A stretch of DNA of 64,000 nucleotides from IMGVR_UViG_3300031787_007614:300405-364404; one strand, 5' to 3'; counted from the stretch's first letter, positions 11,269 to 21,903 are shown. Made by a program: numbers and translations. Notes: generated by a model from the sequence alone, not told the origin.

Positions 11269-11277
11269 CCAAAAGGG

Positions 11278-11306
11278 TTGTAAACCCTTGCACTCTCTGT
11301 TATAAT
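11278..11306 (+). promoter_or_regulatory. sigma70-type promoter (TTGTAA-17-TATAAT, with TG extension)
   Basis: Read directly; -10 ends 5 nt before ATG 11312; the -35 overlaps the hairpin AAGGGTT-gta-AACCCTT. Confidence 0.6.
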
Positions 11307-11311
11307 TCAAT

Positions 11312-11617
11312 ATGGATACTGAAAACTTAATTGCTCATGCACGAGCAAGATTTGATCACGCCACCGCCAAACGTATTCTCCGAGAAAAATACGAAGCACG
11401 GATGATCTTTGCGCACGACGGCGGTATGTGGCGTGCTGGCCCTGAACTCATAAACATCTTGGCCACTGTGCCTCCGGGCAATGCAGTGTTATTGGACTTG
11501 TATGAAACTCCTGTACAAGTTAGACCCGAAGAATTGCGTGGTATGGCCATGACTCGCTGGCAAGAGCAAATGAATGCTTGGCTTGCAGAACACAACAAAC
11601 TTAGCAAAAAGAGATGA
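11312..11617 (+). CDS. Hypothetical protein
   Basis: 101-aa ORF, ATGA-coupled to the next gene. Confidence 0.7.
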   Translation: MDTENLIAHARARFDHATAKRILREKYEARMIFAHDGGMWRAGPELINILATVPPGNAVLLDLYETPVQVRPEELRGMAMTRWQEQMNAWLAEHNKLSKKR

Positions 11618-12411
11618 CCACTGGCGCACTGATATTTGCTTTTGACAACGAGCAAACTGATTATATTTCTATGGCAGCATGGTCTGCCAAAAACATACAC
11701 CGACATCTTGGAATTCCTGTGGCTGTGGTAACTGATTATGAAAACCCGCCAGGCGACTTTGATTATGTCATAAATTCTCAGGCACAAAGTGGTGGTACCA
11801 GATACTTTGAAGATTACAATCAAACTGTGACTTGGCACAATGCTGGTAGAGTAGATGCATATACACTAAGCCCGTGGGAACAGACCCTGGTACTAGATGC
11901 AGACTATGTTGTGGCCAGCTCAGACCTCAAAACTGTTTTGGCATGTGACACAGATTTCATGTGTCACAAAACTGCTGTAAATCTTGCTGGCGGCCATCCG
12001 TTAACAGGACTCAATGTATTTGGACGTCACAACATTCCCATGTATTGGGCCACTGTGATGATGTTTCGACGATCAAACACTGCACAGTACATTTTTGATT
12101 GTATGAACATGATTCGTGACAACTGGCAACACTACAGAGATCTCTATCAGATAGACAAGAAAACTTATAGAAACGACTTTGCGTTGACCATCGCCATCGG
12201 CATTGTAAGCGGGCACACTGGCTCAGTAGACCAAATTCCCTGGCCCTTGATGACTGCCATGCCCGACACTGTGTTGACCAGTAATAGCCCAGACTACTAC
12301 ACAATAAATTACATGGACGGTGATCAAAAGCACAAAACTCTGGGTTGGGCAGGTATGGATTTTCACGCCATGGGCAAACGTCATTTGGAGATGATAATTG
12401 CGTCCCATTGA
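11614..12411 (+). CDS. Putative GT-A-fold glycosyltransferase
   Basis: VLDADY DxD motif, N-terminal hydrophobic strand, RNDFA motif. Confidence 0.55.
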   Translation: MTTGALIFAFDNEQTDYISMAAWSAKNIHRHLGIPVAVVTDYENPPGDFDYVINSQAQSGGTRYFEDYNQTVTWHNAGRVDAYTLSPWEQTLVLDADYVVASSDLKTVLACDTDFMCHKTAVNLAGGHPLTGLNVFGRHNIPMYWATVMMFRRSNTAQYIFDCMNMIRDNWQHYRDLYQIDKKTYRNDFALTIAIGIVSGHTGSVDQIPWPLMTAMPDTVLTSNSPDYYTINYMDGDQKHKTLGWAGMDFHAMGKRHLEMIIASH

Positions 12412-13165
12412 TGAACAAGGTTATGTGATACTGGCTGTCAACTCTGACAAAGTTGACTACTTGGATTGTGCTAGAACATTGACCAAAACAATCAAACGTT
12501 GGGATCCAGGTGCAAAGGTTTGTTTGATCACAGATGCCAAGCAAAGCAACGATCCCGTATACGATCACTATCGAGTGATTGACAATGTGGATCGTGAAAA
12601 CCCTTGGGCCAATGATTGGCAGGTATTCAAGAACTCACCGTTTAGGGAAACCATAAAGCTAGAAGCAGACATGCTGATTGTGAGTGACATATCGCACTGG
12701 TGGACCTTGTTTAGGCATCGTGATGTTGTGGTATCAACTGGTTGCAGAAACTGGCAAGACCAAGTCAGTCTAGCTAGAAACTACAGATCAGTGTTTGATG
12801 CAAACAACTTACCAGATGTGTACAATGCCATAACTTACTGGCGATTGAGCCTCACAGCTCGAGAGTTCTTTATGTTAGTGCGTGATATATTTGCCAACTG
12901 GCCGCAATTCAGGCAACTGTTGAAGTTTGCACCCGAAACAGCAGATACTGATCTAGTGTATGCCATGGCAGCTGAAATAATGGGTGTAGAACGTGTGACC
13001 TTGCCATTTGTTTCATATCCAAAAATTGTACACATGAAACGGCACCACGCTGGCACTGAAACTGAACACTGGGGTCGTGAACTGGTATGGGAATATTCAG
13101 ACTGGCGCCTGCGTATCAACACAGTGGCACAGTGGGGTGCATTTCATTACGGGCGAGGCTGGTGA
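12398..13165 (+). CDS. Putative glycosyltransferase-like protein (paralogue of upstream gene)
   Basis: SPFRETIKLEADM aligns with SPWEQTLVLDADY of the upstream ORF. Confidence 0.5.
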   Translation: MRPIDEQGYVILAVNSDKVDYLDCARTLTKTIKRWDPGAKVCLITDAKQSNDPVYDHYRVIDNVDRENPWANDWQVFKNSPFRETIKLEADMLIVSDISHWWTLFRHRDVVVSTGCRNWQDQVSLARNYRSVFDANNLPDVYNAITYWRLSLTAREFFMLVRDIFANWPQFRQLLKFAPETADTDLVYAMAAEIMGVERVTLPFVSYPKIVHMKRHHAGTETEHWGRELVWEYSDWRLRINTVAQWGAFHYGRGW

Positions 13166-13494
13166 TGACACCTGAAGAATTTTTTGGCGCATTGGAACAC
13201 ATGCCTATGCCTATGCCTGTAACTTATCGACTGTATCACGATGACCAAGGTTGTCCTTTATTTTACAGCATGGAAGGTCTGCCTGGTACATACATAGAAA
13301 TTGATCAAGAAACATTTGCCAAAAATTCCACTCGTGTGCGTGTTCGAGATGGAAAAATTGTAGAAACAACTTGGAAAACCACACAAAAACTTGTACCACA
13401 AAATTCAGGCACAATGTGTCATCCTGATGATGTAACTATTGTGGTAAAAGAACACGGCACATATTGGAGCAAACAAACTTATGAAACAGATTGA
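13165..13494 (+). CDS. Hypothetical protein (start revised to MTPEEFF)
   Basis: TGATG stop/start overlap at 13163-13167. Confidence 0.6.
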   Translation: MTPEEFFGALEHMPMPMPVTYRLYHDDQGCPLFYSMEGLPGTYIEIDQETFAKNSTRVRVRDGKIVETTWKTTQKLVPQNSGTMCHPDDVTIVVKEHGTYWSKQTYETD

Positions 13495-14404
13495 CGTTGC
13501 AGACTTAGATTGCATATACTTGAGCTATGACGAACCACAACGAGAAGAATTTTGGGTCAAGATTAGGAATATGGTTCCTTGGGCACAACGGGTGGATGGC
13601 GTTAAAGGGAGCGATGCAGCTCACAAAGCGGCAGCCTCAGCGTCTAGTACGGATAGATTCATTCTCATCGATGGCGACAATCTCCCCGACCCGGCGTTTT
13701 TTAATCAGACACTTGTTTTTCCTAATGAAGAATATGAGAGTGCTGTGTTCCGGTGGCGGGCACGTAACCATATCAACGGACTGATGTATGGCAATGGTGG
13801 CCTGAGCTCTTGGACCAAAGACTTTGTGGGCAACATGCGTACACACGAAGCCACAGATGGTCGCGCAGAAACTGAAGTGGAGTTTTGCTTTGATCCATTG
13901 TACTGGCCCATGCATGACTGCTACTCCAATACCTATCCCAATGGATCACCATTCCATGCCTGGCGTGCAGGGTTCCGTGAAGGTGTCAAGATGTGCCTGC
14001 AACGTGGGCGCCGACCCACAGTGGAAGAATTTAAAAATCAGGTGCTACGTAATCTTGACAACTTGACTATCTGGCACAACATTGGCACAGACGTTGATCA
14101 TGGAGAATGGGCCATTGCTGGCAGCCGCCAAGGCACATACATGACCATGCTCACAAACTGGGATTACAAGCAGGTGCAAGATTTTGCTGCACTAGAGGCG
14201 CTGTGGAATACTGTGAAAGATTCAAACCCTCGCATACTCAGCAATCAACTGGGCCCAGAACTGGGCACACAATTGGATCTTCCAATGGGTATATTGGAAG
14301 CAGAACAATCAGCGTTCTTCAAATATCACTATCGGTCAGACTGGCGCAATCGTGGTGTTATGACACGCGAGATTGATGTAATTAGACAACAAGAAGGATG
14401 GTAA
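13481..14404 (+). CDS. GT2-like glycosyltransferase domain protein
   Basis: IYLSYDEP...RVDGVKG..AAHKAAA...FILIDGD; AWRAGFREGVKM. Confidence 0.55.
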   Translation: MKQIDVADLDCIYLSYDEPQREEFWVKIRNMVPWAQRVDGVKGSDAAHKAAASASSTDRFILIDGDNLPDPAFFNQTLVFPNEEYESAVFRWRARNHINGLMYGNGGLSSWTKDFVGNMRTHEATDGRAETEVEFCFDPLYWPMHDCYSNTYPNGSPFHAWRAGFREGVKMCLQRGRRPTVEEFKNQVLRNLDNLTIWHNIGTDVDHGEWAIAGSRQGTYMTMLTNWDYKQVQDFAALEALWNTVKDSNPRILSNQLGPELGTQLDLPMGILEAEQSAFFKYHYRSDWRNRGVMTREIDVIRQQEGW

Positions 14405-14405
14405 T

Positions 14406-15326
14406 ATGAAAAAATTAATCGCAACACTTTTGGCCGCACTGGCATTGCATGCTCAGGCAGAAGTAATCACAATCAAGTCTCCATATGGCGCACAGCATGC
14501 AGGGCATGCAGCATTGTATAAAATTATGGAAAAAGCCAATACTGCTCAAACTCAGTACGACTTTATACTAGAGTTAAAACCTGGTGCTAACGGAGTGTTA
14601 GCACTAAAAGATCTGGATCGTGCGCCAGCTACATCGCTGGGATTAATTCATGCTGGCTATGTGCAGAATACCATGGACAATTTGCTAAACGAAACAGACT
14701 ATGTTCCGGTTATGGCTCTTGGCGACGCCTGTTGGTTTGTTGCAAGCAACCAGGGTAATGAACAACAGGGTCTACGCAGTTTATATGGTAACCGTTTAGA
14801 TCTGGTCATGGGCGGTGTTGGCATTGGAACAGCAGCACATTTGACTTCTATGGAGATTGCTGAAAAAATAAATCACCCCATTAGGTTTGTTAGTTTTAAA
14901 TCAGGTGCAGAAGCAAATATTGTATTGGCTGGAGAAAACGGAGTACATGTCAGCATGATGTCAAGCAACGAATTTACAAATTTAAAAACACGGAACCCTC
15001 GCTTGCAAAGACTAGCTGTACATTGTGAACGCAGACTGCCCGAAGCTCCGGGAGTTGCTACCACAAAACAACAAGGCATCACAGCACCGTATGTCTTTAA
15101 CACAATTGTGGCCAATGTACACATGCCCGCAACCAAACTACAAGAAATCAAAGTTATATTAAACAATGCTGTGGTTGCAGTTGGTCAAGATCAAATACTG
15201 GCCATGAGCGATTTTAATCCTCCTAATTTTAGAAATCAAAGTGTTGATGACTATCACAAAGAAAAAGTGCGTGTTATGAAAGCAGCATTGATCAAACACC
15301 GTGCGGCAATTGAGGCTGCAAAATGA
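14406..15326 (+). CDS. Bug/TctC-like periplasmic substrate-binding protein
   Basis: Signal peptide MKKLIATLLAALALHAQA; KPGANGVLA, GxGTAAHL, V.FKSGAEA, VPT-like VATTKQQG motifs. Confidence 0.75.
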   Translation: MKKLIATLLAALALHAQAEVITIKSPYGAQHAGHAALYKIMEKANTAQTQYDFILELKPGANGVLALKDLDRAPATSLGLIHAGYVQNTMDNLLNETDYVPVMALGDACWFVASNQGNEQQGLRSLYGNRLDLVMGGVGIGTAAHLTSMEIAEKINHPIRFVSFKSGAEANIVLAGENGVHVSMMSSNEFTNLKTRNPRLQRLAVHCERRLPEAPGVATTKQQGITAPYVFNTIVANVHMPATKLQEIKVILNNAVVAVGQDQILAMSDFNPPNFRNQSVDDYHKEKVRVMKAALIKHRAAIEAAK

Positions 15327-16408
15327 AACGAGTGGTACTGGCTGTCGCTGACCCTTGGAACTATTTTAATCAATGGCCAGGATACAGCTTGTCCATTATC
15401 AATCCAGACGGCGATGCCAACCGCAAACAATATCTCTTAGACAATTTAGACTGGAGTTTGTTGGTCACATCTGATGGCGTACAACATCGTGATGGTGGTG
15501 ATTACGGCGACGAGAAAATGGTAATGTACACTTCAGGCACAACCGGAGATTCAAAGTTTTTTAGTTATTCCACCACTCAGGTACAGCATGTTGTTGATAA
15601 CATAATTGCCAGCTACGAATTAACAGCCAATGATCGATTTTTGAGCGTTATGCCACTGTGGCATGGCCACGGACATATCCTAAACTATGTTGTTGCAACC
15701 GCTGGCATGCAAGTACACCATGTTCGACCGCCTGACTTGAAAAAACAAATAGAATTCAGCCCAACCTGGGTGTCTGCAATTCCTGACATACTTAGAGTAA
15801 TGTCACGCACTCAAAAATTCCCCGACTTGCGATTTGCTAGATCAGCCAGTGTTGCATTGCCCAACCAAGTGTTTGATGATTTAAAAAGATCATTTAATAC
15901 CCCAATCATTGAATCGTTTGGCATGTCTGAAGCCTGTAGCCATTGCTTTACCAATCCGTTGTATGGTGAACAACGTATAGGAACCATTGGACTTCCTGAC
16001 GGGATTGACGCAGACATACGCAACGGTAGCTTATGGCTGCGCGGCCCACAATGTCACACATCAGATTGGTTTGATACTGAAGACTTGGCTGAGCAAGACT
16101 CTGCAGGATACTACAAAATACTAGGACGTAGATCAGATCGACTGACCTTGCATGGCATCAAACTAAATCCATTGAGCATAGAAAATCAACTGTACAATCA
16201 CATACCACAACTGGATGAAGTTGTGGTGTTTGGCGAAAACAAAATGATGTGTGTGTACACCGGCAATGTTTTGCCCAATCAAGTGCGACAAGCATTAACT
16301 GATATTTCCACACACTGTAACCCCAAGTTCCTTAAACAAGTTGAAAGCATACCTAAAAATACCGCAGGCAAAGTATCACGTTCACTGCTAAAGGAAATTT
16401 ACAATTGA
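15323..16408 (+). CDS. AMP-binding (acyl-CoA/acyl-AMP ligase) family enzyme
   Basis: YTSGTTGDSK P-loop, FGMSE, GRRSD, IPKNTAGKVSR. Confidence 0.85.
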   Translation: MKRVVLAVADPWNYFNQWPGYSLSIINPDGDANRKQYLLDNLDWSLLVTSDGVQHRDGGDYGDEKMVMYTSGTTGDSKFFSYSTTQVQHVVDNIIASYELTANDRFLSVMPLWHGHGHILNYVVATAGMQVHHVRPPDLKKQIEFSPTWVSAIPDILRVMSRTQKFPDLRFARSASVALPNQVFDDLKRSFNTPIIESFGMSEACSHCFTNPLYGEQRIGTIGLPDGIDADIRNGSLWLRGPQCHTSDWFDTEDLAEQDSAGYYKILGRRSDRLTLHGIKLNPLSIENQLYNHIPQLDEVVVFGENKMMCVYTGNVLPNQVRQALTDISTHCNPKFLKQVESIPKNTAGKVSRSLLKEIYN

Positions 16409-17115
16409 ATATCCTAGTGAACGGACCCAGTGTGTCACGAGGCCCTGGCAGTTGGCCGTACTTGTTGCAAGAGCACTACAACGCCGACCTTGTTAATTTG
16501 AGTCAGGCAGGGGCTGGAAATACTTACATTCATGAAACTACCGTGGCTGAACTTGCACAACGATCTTATGATCTAGTGGCAATCATGTGGGGAGATCAAC
16601 AACGACTAGATATCAAAGTAAAAAACATTGATTATTTTCATGATACTATCTACACCAGCAAATTCCAAAAGGCCATGAATGATTGGCCAGAGAAGATAGT
16701 AGAGCCTGTTAACGACCAAGACTATGTGCAAGACAACTGGGTGTTTGGTTGCGGATACATCAATACCAAAGATCCTTGTTTGGTAGAACTGTTTGATTCG
16801 TATTACCAGCATACTGACATTGACTCTCGATACTTTAGCAGTATTATCAAAATGATCAGTCTCCAGGGCGTACTTAAAAATCTTGGAATAAAATATGTAT
16901 TTTGCGGCACCCGCACATTGCCTTTGTTAAAACGCTACGAACATTTGTACAATCTATTAGATTGGAATTGTATAATCAATGATTTTACTCCCCATCACGT
17001 GGCCTACCGGGACAATTGCTGGGAAGCTGATCAACTACACCCTGGCCCGGCCGCACACCAAGAATTTGCCAAACACATGATTGCTCAACTTCAACAAAGA
17101 CATATACTTACATAA
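16405..17115 (+). CDS. SGNH/GDSL-like hydrolase
   Basis: NGPSVS block I, NLSQAGAGN block II, C-terminal DQLHPGPAAH. Confidence 0.6.
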   Translation: MNILVNGPSVSRGPGSWPYLLQEHYNADLVNLSQAGAGNTYIHETTVAELAQRSYDLVAIMWGDQQRLDIKVKNIDYFHDTIYTSKFQKAMNDWPEKIVEPVNDQDYVQDNWVFGCGYINTKDPCLVELFDSYYQHTDIDSRYFSSIIKMISLQGVLKNLGIKYVFCGTRTLPLLKRYEHLYNLLDWNCIINDFTPHHVAYRDNCWEADQLHPGPAAHQEFAKHMIAQLQQRHILT

Positions 17116-18101
17116 TGATTAATATTCCGCACATTGATCTTAAGATTTGGAATCCTGAATTCAAAACAATTGAAATTGTGTCAGAGTTACAACAGCACGG
17201 CAATGTGTCTATTGGCATTGACGGCGAAGGCAGTGATTGTGAAACGCTGGGCTTGTATAAACTATTGGATGCAGTATGCAGTAACTTAGGTTACACACCC
17301 GGCGCCATAAGCATACACACTTGCAATCAATTAGAACACCATTCTTGCTATAAAATTATTAAACATCCGCCGTTGTACATACCCAGCGGGCAACAGTTTG
17401 CATCTCAGCACACGCTACCTGAGAAACGCTGGGACGCAATCAAGCACTTTGGAATTTTTGTTGGACGTAGCAGTTGGCAACGATTGTGGATGGCCAGTCA
17501 CACATGGAGCAACTACGGCGACATAACCTCCATGACTTATCATTACGATAGTAGCGTCGATTATCATCGCACACACTTGAGCTTTGATGAACTAGCATAT
17601 CAAATAGGATTGCCTAATGCAGTTAACACAGCAGGCAAGTTCATGCAACAATTGCCCATCAAGAACGAATCTGTTGATAGCTATCCTATACTAACTCCAG
17701 CACACTTTGCTATTGCTAAACTGTATCCTGATTTTTTTGTGGAAATAGTATGCGAAACTTTTCTAAGCGGCAACAGCTTTTACCCCACGGAAAAAACCTG
17801 GAGACCGTTTATATGTCGTACACCGTTTTTGACTCTGGGCCCACGTGGCTTTTTGGCAAACTTACACAAGCTGGGATTTAGAACATTCTCTCAGTGGTGG
17901 GACGAAAGCTACGACCAAGATGCTGACCTAGACAATGGGCGAATAGCCATCAAGTGTATACAACAAACACAACAACGCTTGAGCATACTCAGCACACAGG
18001 AGCTTGAAGGCATGTACATTGACATGAAAGATACTTTAGAACATAACTATCAACACTTCATGCAGTTAAAAGAAACGGACTTTGTAAAAATATGGCCATG
18101 A
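17115..18101 (+). CDS. 'TEK-motif' putative glycosyltransferase (GT10-like C-terminus)
   Basis: EIVCETF...PTEKTWRP....PF......L..LGFRTF...WDESYD. Confidence 0.5.
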   Translation: MINIPHIDLKIWNPEFKTIEIVSELQQHGNVSIGIDGEGSDCETLGLYKLLDAVCSNLGYTPGAISIHTCNQLEHHSCYKIIKHPPLYIPSGQQFASQHTLPEKRWDAIKHFGIFVGRSSWQRLWMASHTWSNYGDITSMTYHYDSSVDYHRTHLSFDELAYQIGLPNAVNTAGKFMQQLPIKNESVDSYPILTPAHFAIAKLYPDFFVEIVCETFLSGNSFYPTEKTWRPFICRTPFLTLGPRGFLANLHKLGFRTFSQWWDESYDQDADLDNGRIAIKCIQQTQQRLSILSTQELEGMYIDMKDTLEHNYQHFMQLKETDFVKIWP

Positions 18102-19498
18102 ACAAAGGCGATGAAACAGTAGACAACAAGAGTCGGTTCCTAAACTCTGCTGAAAAAATGGCAGAGAACCTAGGCCCTGCGCTGTGCCTGGCCAAATGGA
18201 AGCAAGTGAGCCTGCACCTGCCCACAGGACTTAACAATAGTTGTTACCATCCGCCATTGCACAAGATACCCGTAGAAAACTTAGCTACCAATCCAGGATC
18301 CTTGCACAACACACCGCACAAGAAAGCGCAACGTGTGATGATGCTACGCAACGAAAAGCCCGCAGAGTGCGAGTACTGCTGGAACATGGAAGCGGAAAAC
18401 AAACTGAGTGACAGGCACTATCGTTCAGGCGAGCCTTGGGCCGCAGTGGACTTTGAAAAGATCCAGAACTCAACAGGAGAAGAAAGTGACGTTATCCCTA
18501 GCTACGTTGAGGTTAATTTTAATAATGTTTGTAATCTCATGTGCAGTTATTGCAGTCCGCAATTCTCTAGCAGCTGGCAACAAGAAGTGGATCGATCAGG
18601 CGGCTACCCTACTGCTCGTGTTCACAATGATCCTGGGCATTTTGGTGGAGATCGCCGGGTTATACCAGTTAGAGAGCATAACCCTTATGTAGACGCATTC
18701 TGGGAGTGGTGGCCTACTTTGTACCCAGAACTGGTGCATTTCCGCATGACTGGGGGCGAACCCTTGTTAGACAAGAACACATACAGAGTGTTTGATCATG
18801 TGTTGGAGAACCCATCTGCCAAACTACATTTGAATGTAACATCAAACTTCTCAGTGGATGAAAAGTCATGGCAGAAGTACTTGGGGTATGTCAAGCAGTT
18901 GTGCGACGGGCGCATAGAACACTTCATGCAGTACGTGAGTTTAGACGGCTGGGGCTCACAAGCAGAATACATGCGTCACGGTATGGACTTCAATTTACTA
19001 TGGGACAGGGTAAATCAATTTCTAACAGAAGTACCCAGCTACAACAGTCTAACGTTTATTGTGACCATGAACAATCTATCAGTAACCAGCTTGGAAAACC
19101 TGTTTGCTGGCATTCTAGGTCTGCGTAAAACCTATAGCAAAACCTATCAACGTGTGTGGTTTGATACACCTGTACTACGCGAACCGGCTTGGCAGAGTTT
19201 GCAAATACTGCCAGAAAGCTATGCTGAACGACTGGAATATCTCTGGGCGTGGATGATACGTTGGACAGAAACTGCCGAAGATCCATTCCACGGATTCAAA
19301 GACTACGAACTTGCTAGACTGGACAGAGACATTGCATGGATGCGAGCAGGCCAAGGACAAGATCATTCCGCAGCAAAGGCAGACTTTTATAGATTCTTTC
19401 GAGAACACGATCGCCGCAGAGGCACTGACTTTTTAAAGACCTTTCCAGAAATGAAAAGCTGGTGGGCAGAATGTGCATATCATGCTAGGAACACATAA
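18092..19498 (+). CDS. Twitch/SPASM-domain radical SAM protein
   Basis: CNLMCSYC, GGEP, N-terminal C..KW, CYH and CEYC. Confidence 0.85.
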   Translation: MAMNKGDETVDNKSRFLNSAEKMAENLGPALCLAKWKQVSLHLPTGLNNSCYHPPLHKIPVENLATNPGSLHNTPHKKAQRVMMLRNEKPAECEYCWNMEAENKLSDRHYRSGEPWAAVDFEKIQNSTGEESDVIPSYVEVNFNNVCNLMCSYCSPQFSSSWQQEVDRSGGYPTARVHNDPGHFGGDRRVIPVREHNPYVDAFWEWWPTLYPELVHFRMTGGEPLLDKNTYRVFDHVLENPSAKLHLNVTSNFSVDEKSWQKYLGYVKQLCDGRIEHFMQYVSLDGWGSQAEYMRHGMDFNLLWDRVNQFLTEVPSYNSLTFIVTMNNLSVTSLENLFAGILGLRKTYSKTYQRVWFDTPVLREPAWQSLQILPESYAERLEYLWAWMIRWTETAEDPFHGFKDYELARLDRDIAWMRAGQGQDHSAAKADFYRFFREHDRRRGTDFLKTFPEMKSWWAECAYHARNT

Positions 19499-20585
19499 GC
19501 TCATAGTAGACGAATGGGCCGAAGTCTGGGACTTGCTCAAGCCATATGCTGACAGCAGTTTTTGGCAGTTGCCCAGCTTGGATCCTGCCAATGTGTATGT
19601 TGTTGGCCGTGTGATATTGAAAGACAACTGGCAGACAATAACTGACTGGGCCACTCAGCACCCTGGACGCATTGTGTTCTCCAACCCTGCAGAAGGATCA
19701 GAAACCATACTGCTACAGCTCAAGCGACTGCGCATTGCTGACTTGGTCCAAGACGGGCGCATAGGACTGTTGACGTCTGGGGATTTAGAACCAGGGTGGA
19801 GCTATTGTAAAACAGACTGTTACTTTTCAAACATAGTGGAATACACAGAAAACAAATCGGCGCAACTACAAGCTGACATGGATTCAAAAGCGCATCGCCC
19901 ATATGATTTTCTTTTTTTAAATGGCCGCCTGCGCCCACATCGCAAAGCACTGATAGACGGCCTGCGTGAAAATCAGCTGTTGGATCATGCATTATGGACC
20001 AACCTGGGCAGTTCTGTTGAAATGGCATTTACTTCTGCACTGCAAACCAATCAGCTTGAGCCTATTAGACTGTTGCCCCCAGAATATGAAATTGAACGTG
20101 CTGTACCCAACATGGAATCAGCGTATGCACACAGTTTTTGCAAGCATCATTTGTTTGGCAATACCTGGGGCGATGCCATTGTTAATCCTGCTTGCTACAC
20201 AAGCACATGGTTCTCAGTGGTAACAGAAACCATATTTGATTACCCGCACACATTTAGAACAGAAAAGATATGGAAGCCCATATTAATGGCACACCCATTT
20301 GTGGCAGCTGCCAACAGGGGTTACTTGCGAGACTTGCGCAACGCAGGATTCCGCACGTTCCACAACTACATCGACGAATCCTACGACCAAATTGATTGTC
20401 CAAGCAAGCGAATAGATAGTATAATAGCAACAATTGGCGAGATCTGTCAGAACGGTGCTGCTGAATTCTGGACAGCCGCCCAGGATATCTGTAAATATAA
20501 TCAACAGCACCTAGTGGAGCACAATCAATTGGAACGTGCCCAACTCCCCATCAATTTAGAAAAGTATTTAGATGAACGATCTTGA
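19473..20585 (+). CDS. 'TEK-motif' putative glycosyltransferase
   Basis: SVVTET...RTEKIWKPI...HPF...GFRTF...IDESYD. Confidence 0.5.
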   Translation: MHIMLGTHKLIVDEWAEVWDLLKPYADSSFWQLPSLDPANVYVVGRVILKDNWQTITDWATQHPGRIVFSNPAEGSETILLQLKRLRIADLVQDGRIGLLTSGDLEPGWSYCKTDCYFSNIVEYTENKSAQLQADMDSKAHRPYDFLFLNGRLRPHRKALIDGLRENQLLDHALWTNLGSSVEMAFTSALQTNQLEPIRLLPPEYEIERAVPNMESAYAHSFCKHHLFGNTWGDAIVNPACYTSTWFSVVTETIFDYPHTFRTEKIWKPILMAHPFVAAANRGYLRDLRNAGFRTFHNYIDESYDQIDCPSKRIDSIIATIGEICQNGAAEFWTAAQDICKYNQQHLVEHNQLERAQLPINLEKYLDERS

Positions 20586-21903
20586 GTTCCGTCAGCAAGT
20601 ATTAGACCCTCTCTCAGCCAGCTTTTGTGCGGCAAAATGGTATAACGCAACCATTTGGTTAGGAAGTGGACAGACCACAAGTTGTCATCACCCGCCAGCT
20701 CATTTGATCGACAAAGATAAAGTCAGCATCAACCCTAGGCTACTGCACAATACTGATCAAAAGAAGGCAGATCGCCAACAAATGATCAACGGGGAGCGTC
20801 CCCCTGGCTGTGAGTACTGTTGGAAAATAGAAGACATGGGTCGCAATGCCATTTCAGACCGTGTGTATAAGAGTAAGATATATCCCATAGAGGCATTACA
20901 TGAAGCTAGAAATACACCATACACTGAAGACGTCAACCTCCGTACACTTGAGATCGCTTTTGATCGCACTTGTCAGTTTGCTTGTAGCTATTGTAATCCA
21001 GCTTTCAGTTCAACATGGGTTAAAGACATCCGACGCAACGGAGCTTACCAGAACTTGGTCAGTGATGGTCGCAACCATTTTACCCATGATCATGCTAACG
21101 CACAACTTTGGGATTATGGAGAACACAATCCTTACATTGATGCATTTTTTAAGTGGTGGGAGTCGGATCTGCATCGCACACTGCAAGAGCTCCGTATCAC
21201 AGGAGGAGAGCCCCTCATGTCTGGTCACACATGGAAGCTCATTGACTGGTTTCGAACAAATTCAGGCAAGAGTTCAACACGCCTGGCTATCAACAGTAAC
21301 CTAGGCACAGACGTAGACATTGACCGCTTGCTAGATGCAACGCAAAACATGGCAATTGACATATACACTTCAAACGAAGCTGTGGGTGTGCAAGCAGAGT
21401 ACATACGCGACGGGTTGGTCTGGGCGGACTGGATGAACAATGTCAACCGCTTGTTAAGTTCCAAGCAGTTCCGTAGCATACATGTGATGTGTACCATCAA
21501 TGCCCTGTGCCTAGACAGCTTGGATCAATTGCTAGAGTGCATAGTGAAATGGAAGCTGGAGTATGGGCGTGATGCTATATCATTCACACTAAACATCTTG
21601 CGTTTTCCCAGCTTTCAAAGTCCGTTGATACTGCCTGCGGAGTTGAAAACACACTACAAAACAGTGTTGGAAACTTGGCTCACAAATCACAGCCACAGTG
21701 AATACCTGCACGAACACGAAATCAATCATTTACAAAGATTGATTGATTACCTGGATGTGGTGAAAACACCGCATTCAGACACATTTGAAATGCCCAAGCT
21801 ATTGAATGATTTCAAACAATTCCACACACAGTATGACCAGCGTCGCAACAAAGACTTTGGCACAGCGTTCCCAAATCTGCAGGCCTGGTATAATTCACTA
21901 TAA
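20572..21903 (+). CDS. Twitch/SPASM-domain radical SAM protein
   Basis: CQFACSYC, GGEP, N-terminal CHH and CEYC. Confidence 0.85.
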   Translation: MNDLEFRQQVLDPLSASFCAAKWYNATIWLGSGQTTSCHHPPAHLIDKDKVSINPRLLHNTDQKKADRQQMINGERPPGCEYCWKIEDMGRNAISDRVYKSKIYPIEALHEARNTPYTEDVNLRTLEIAFDRTCQFACSYCNPAFSSTWVKDIRRNGAYQNLVSDGRNHFTHDHANAQLWDYGEHNPYIDAFFKWWESDLHRTLQELRITGGEPLMSGHTWKLIDWFRTNSGKSSTRLAINSNLGTDVDIDRLLDATQNMAIDIYTSNEAVGVQAEYIRDGLVWADWMNNVNRLLSSKQFRSIHVMCTINALCLDSLDQLLECIVKWKLEYGRDAISFTLNILRFPSFQSPLILPAELKTHYKTVLETWLTNHSHSEYLHEHEINHLQRLIDYLDVVKTPHSDTFEMPKLLNDFKQFHTQYDQRRNKDFGTAFPNLQAWYNSL

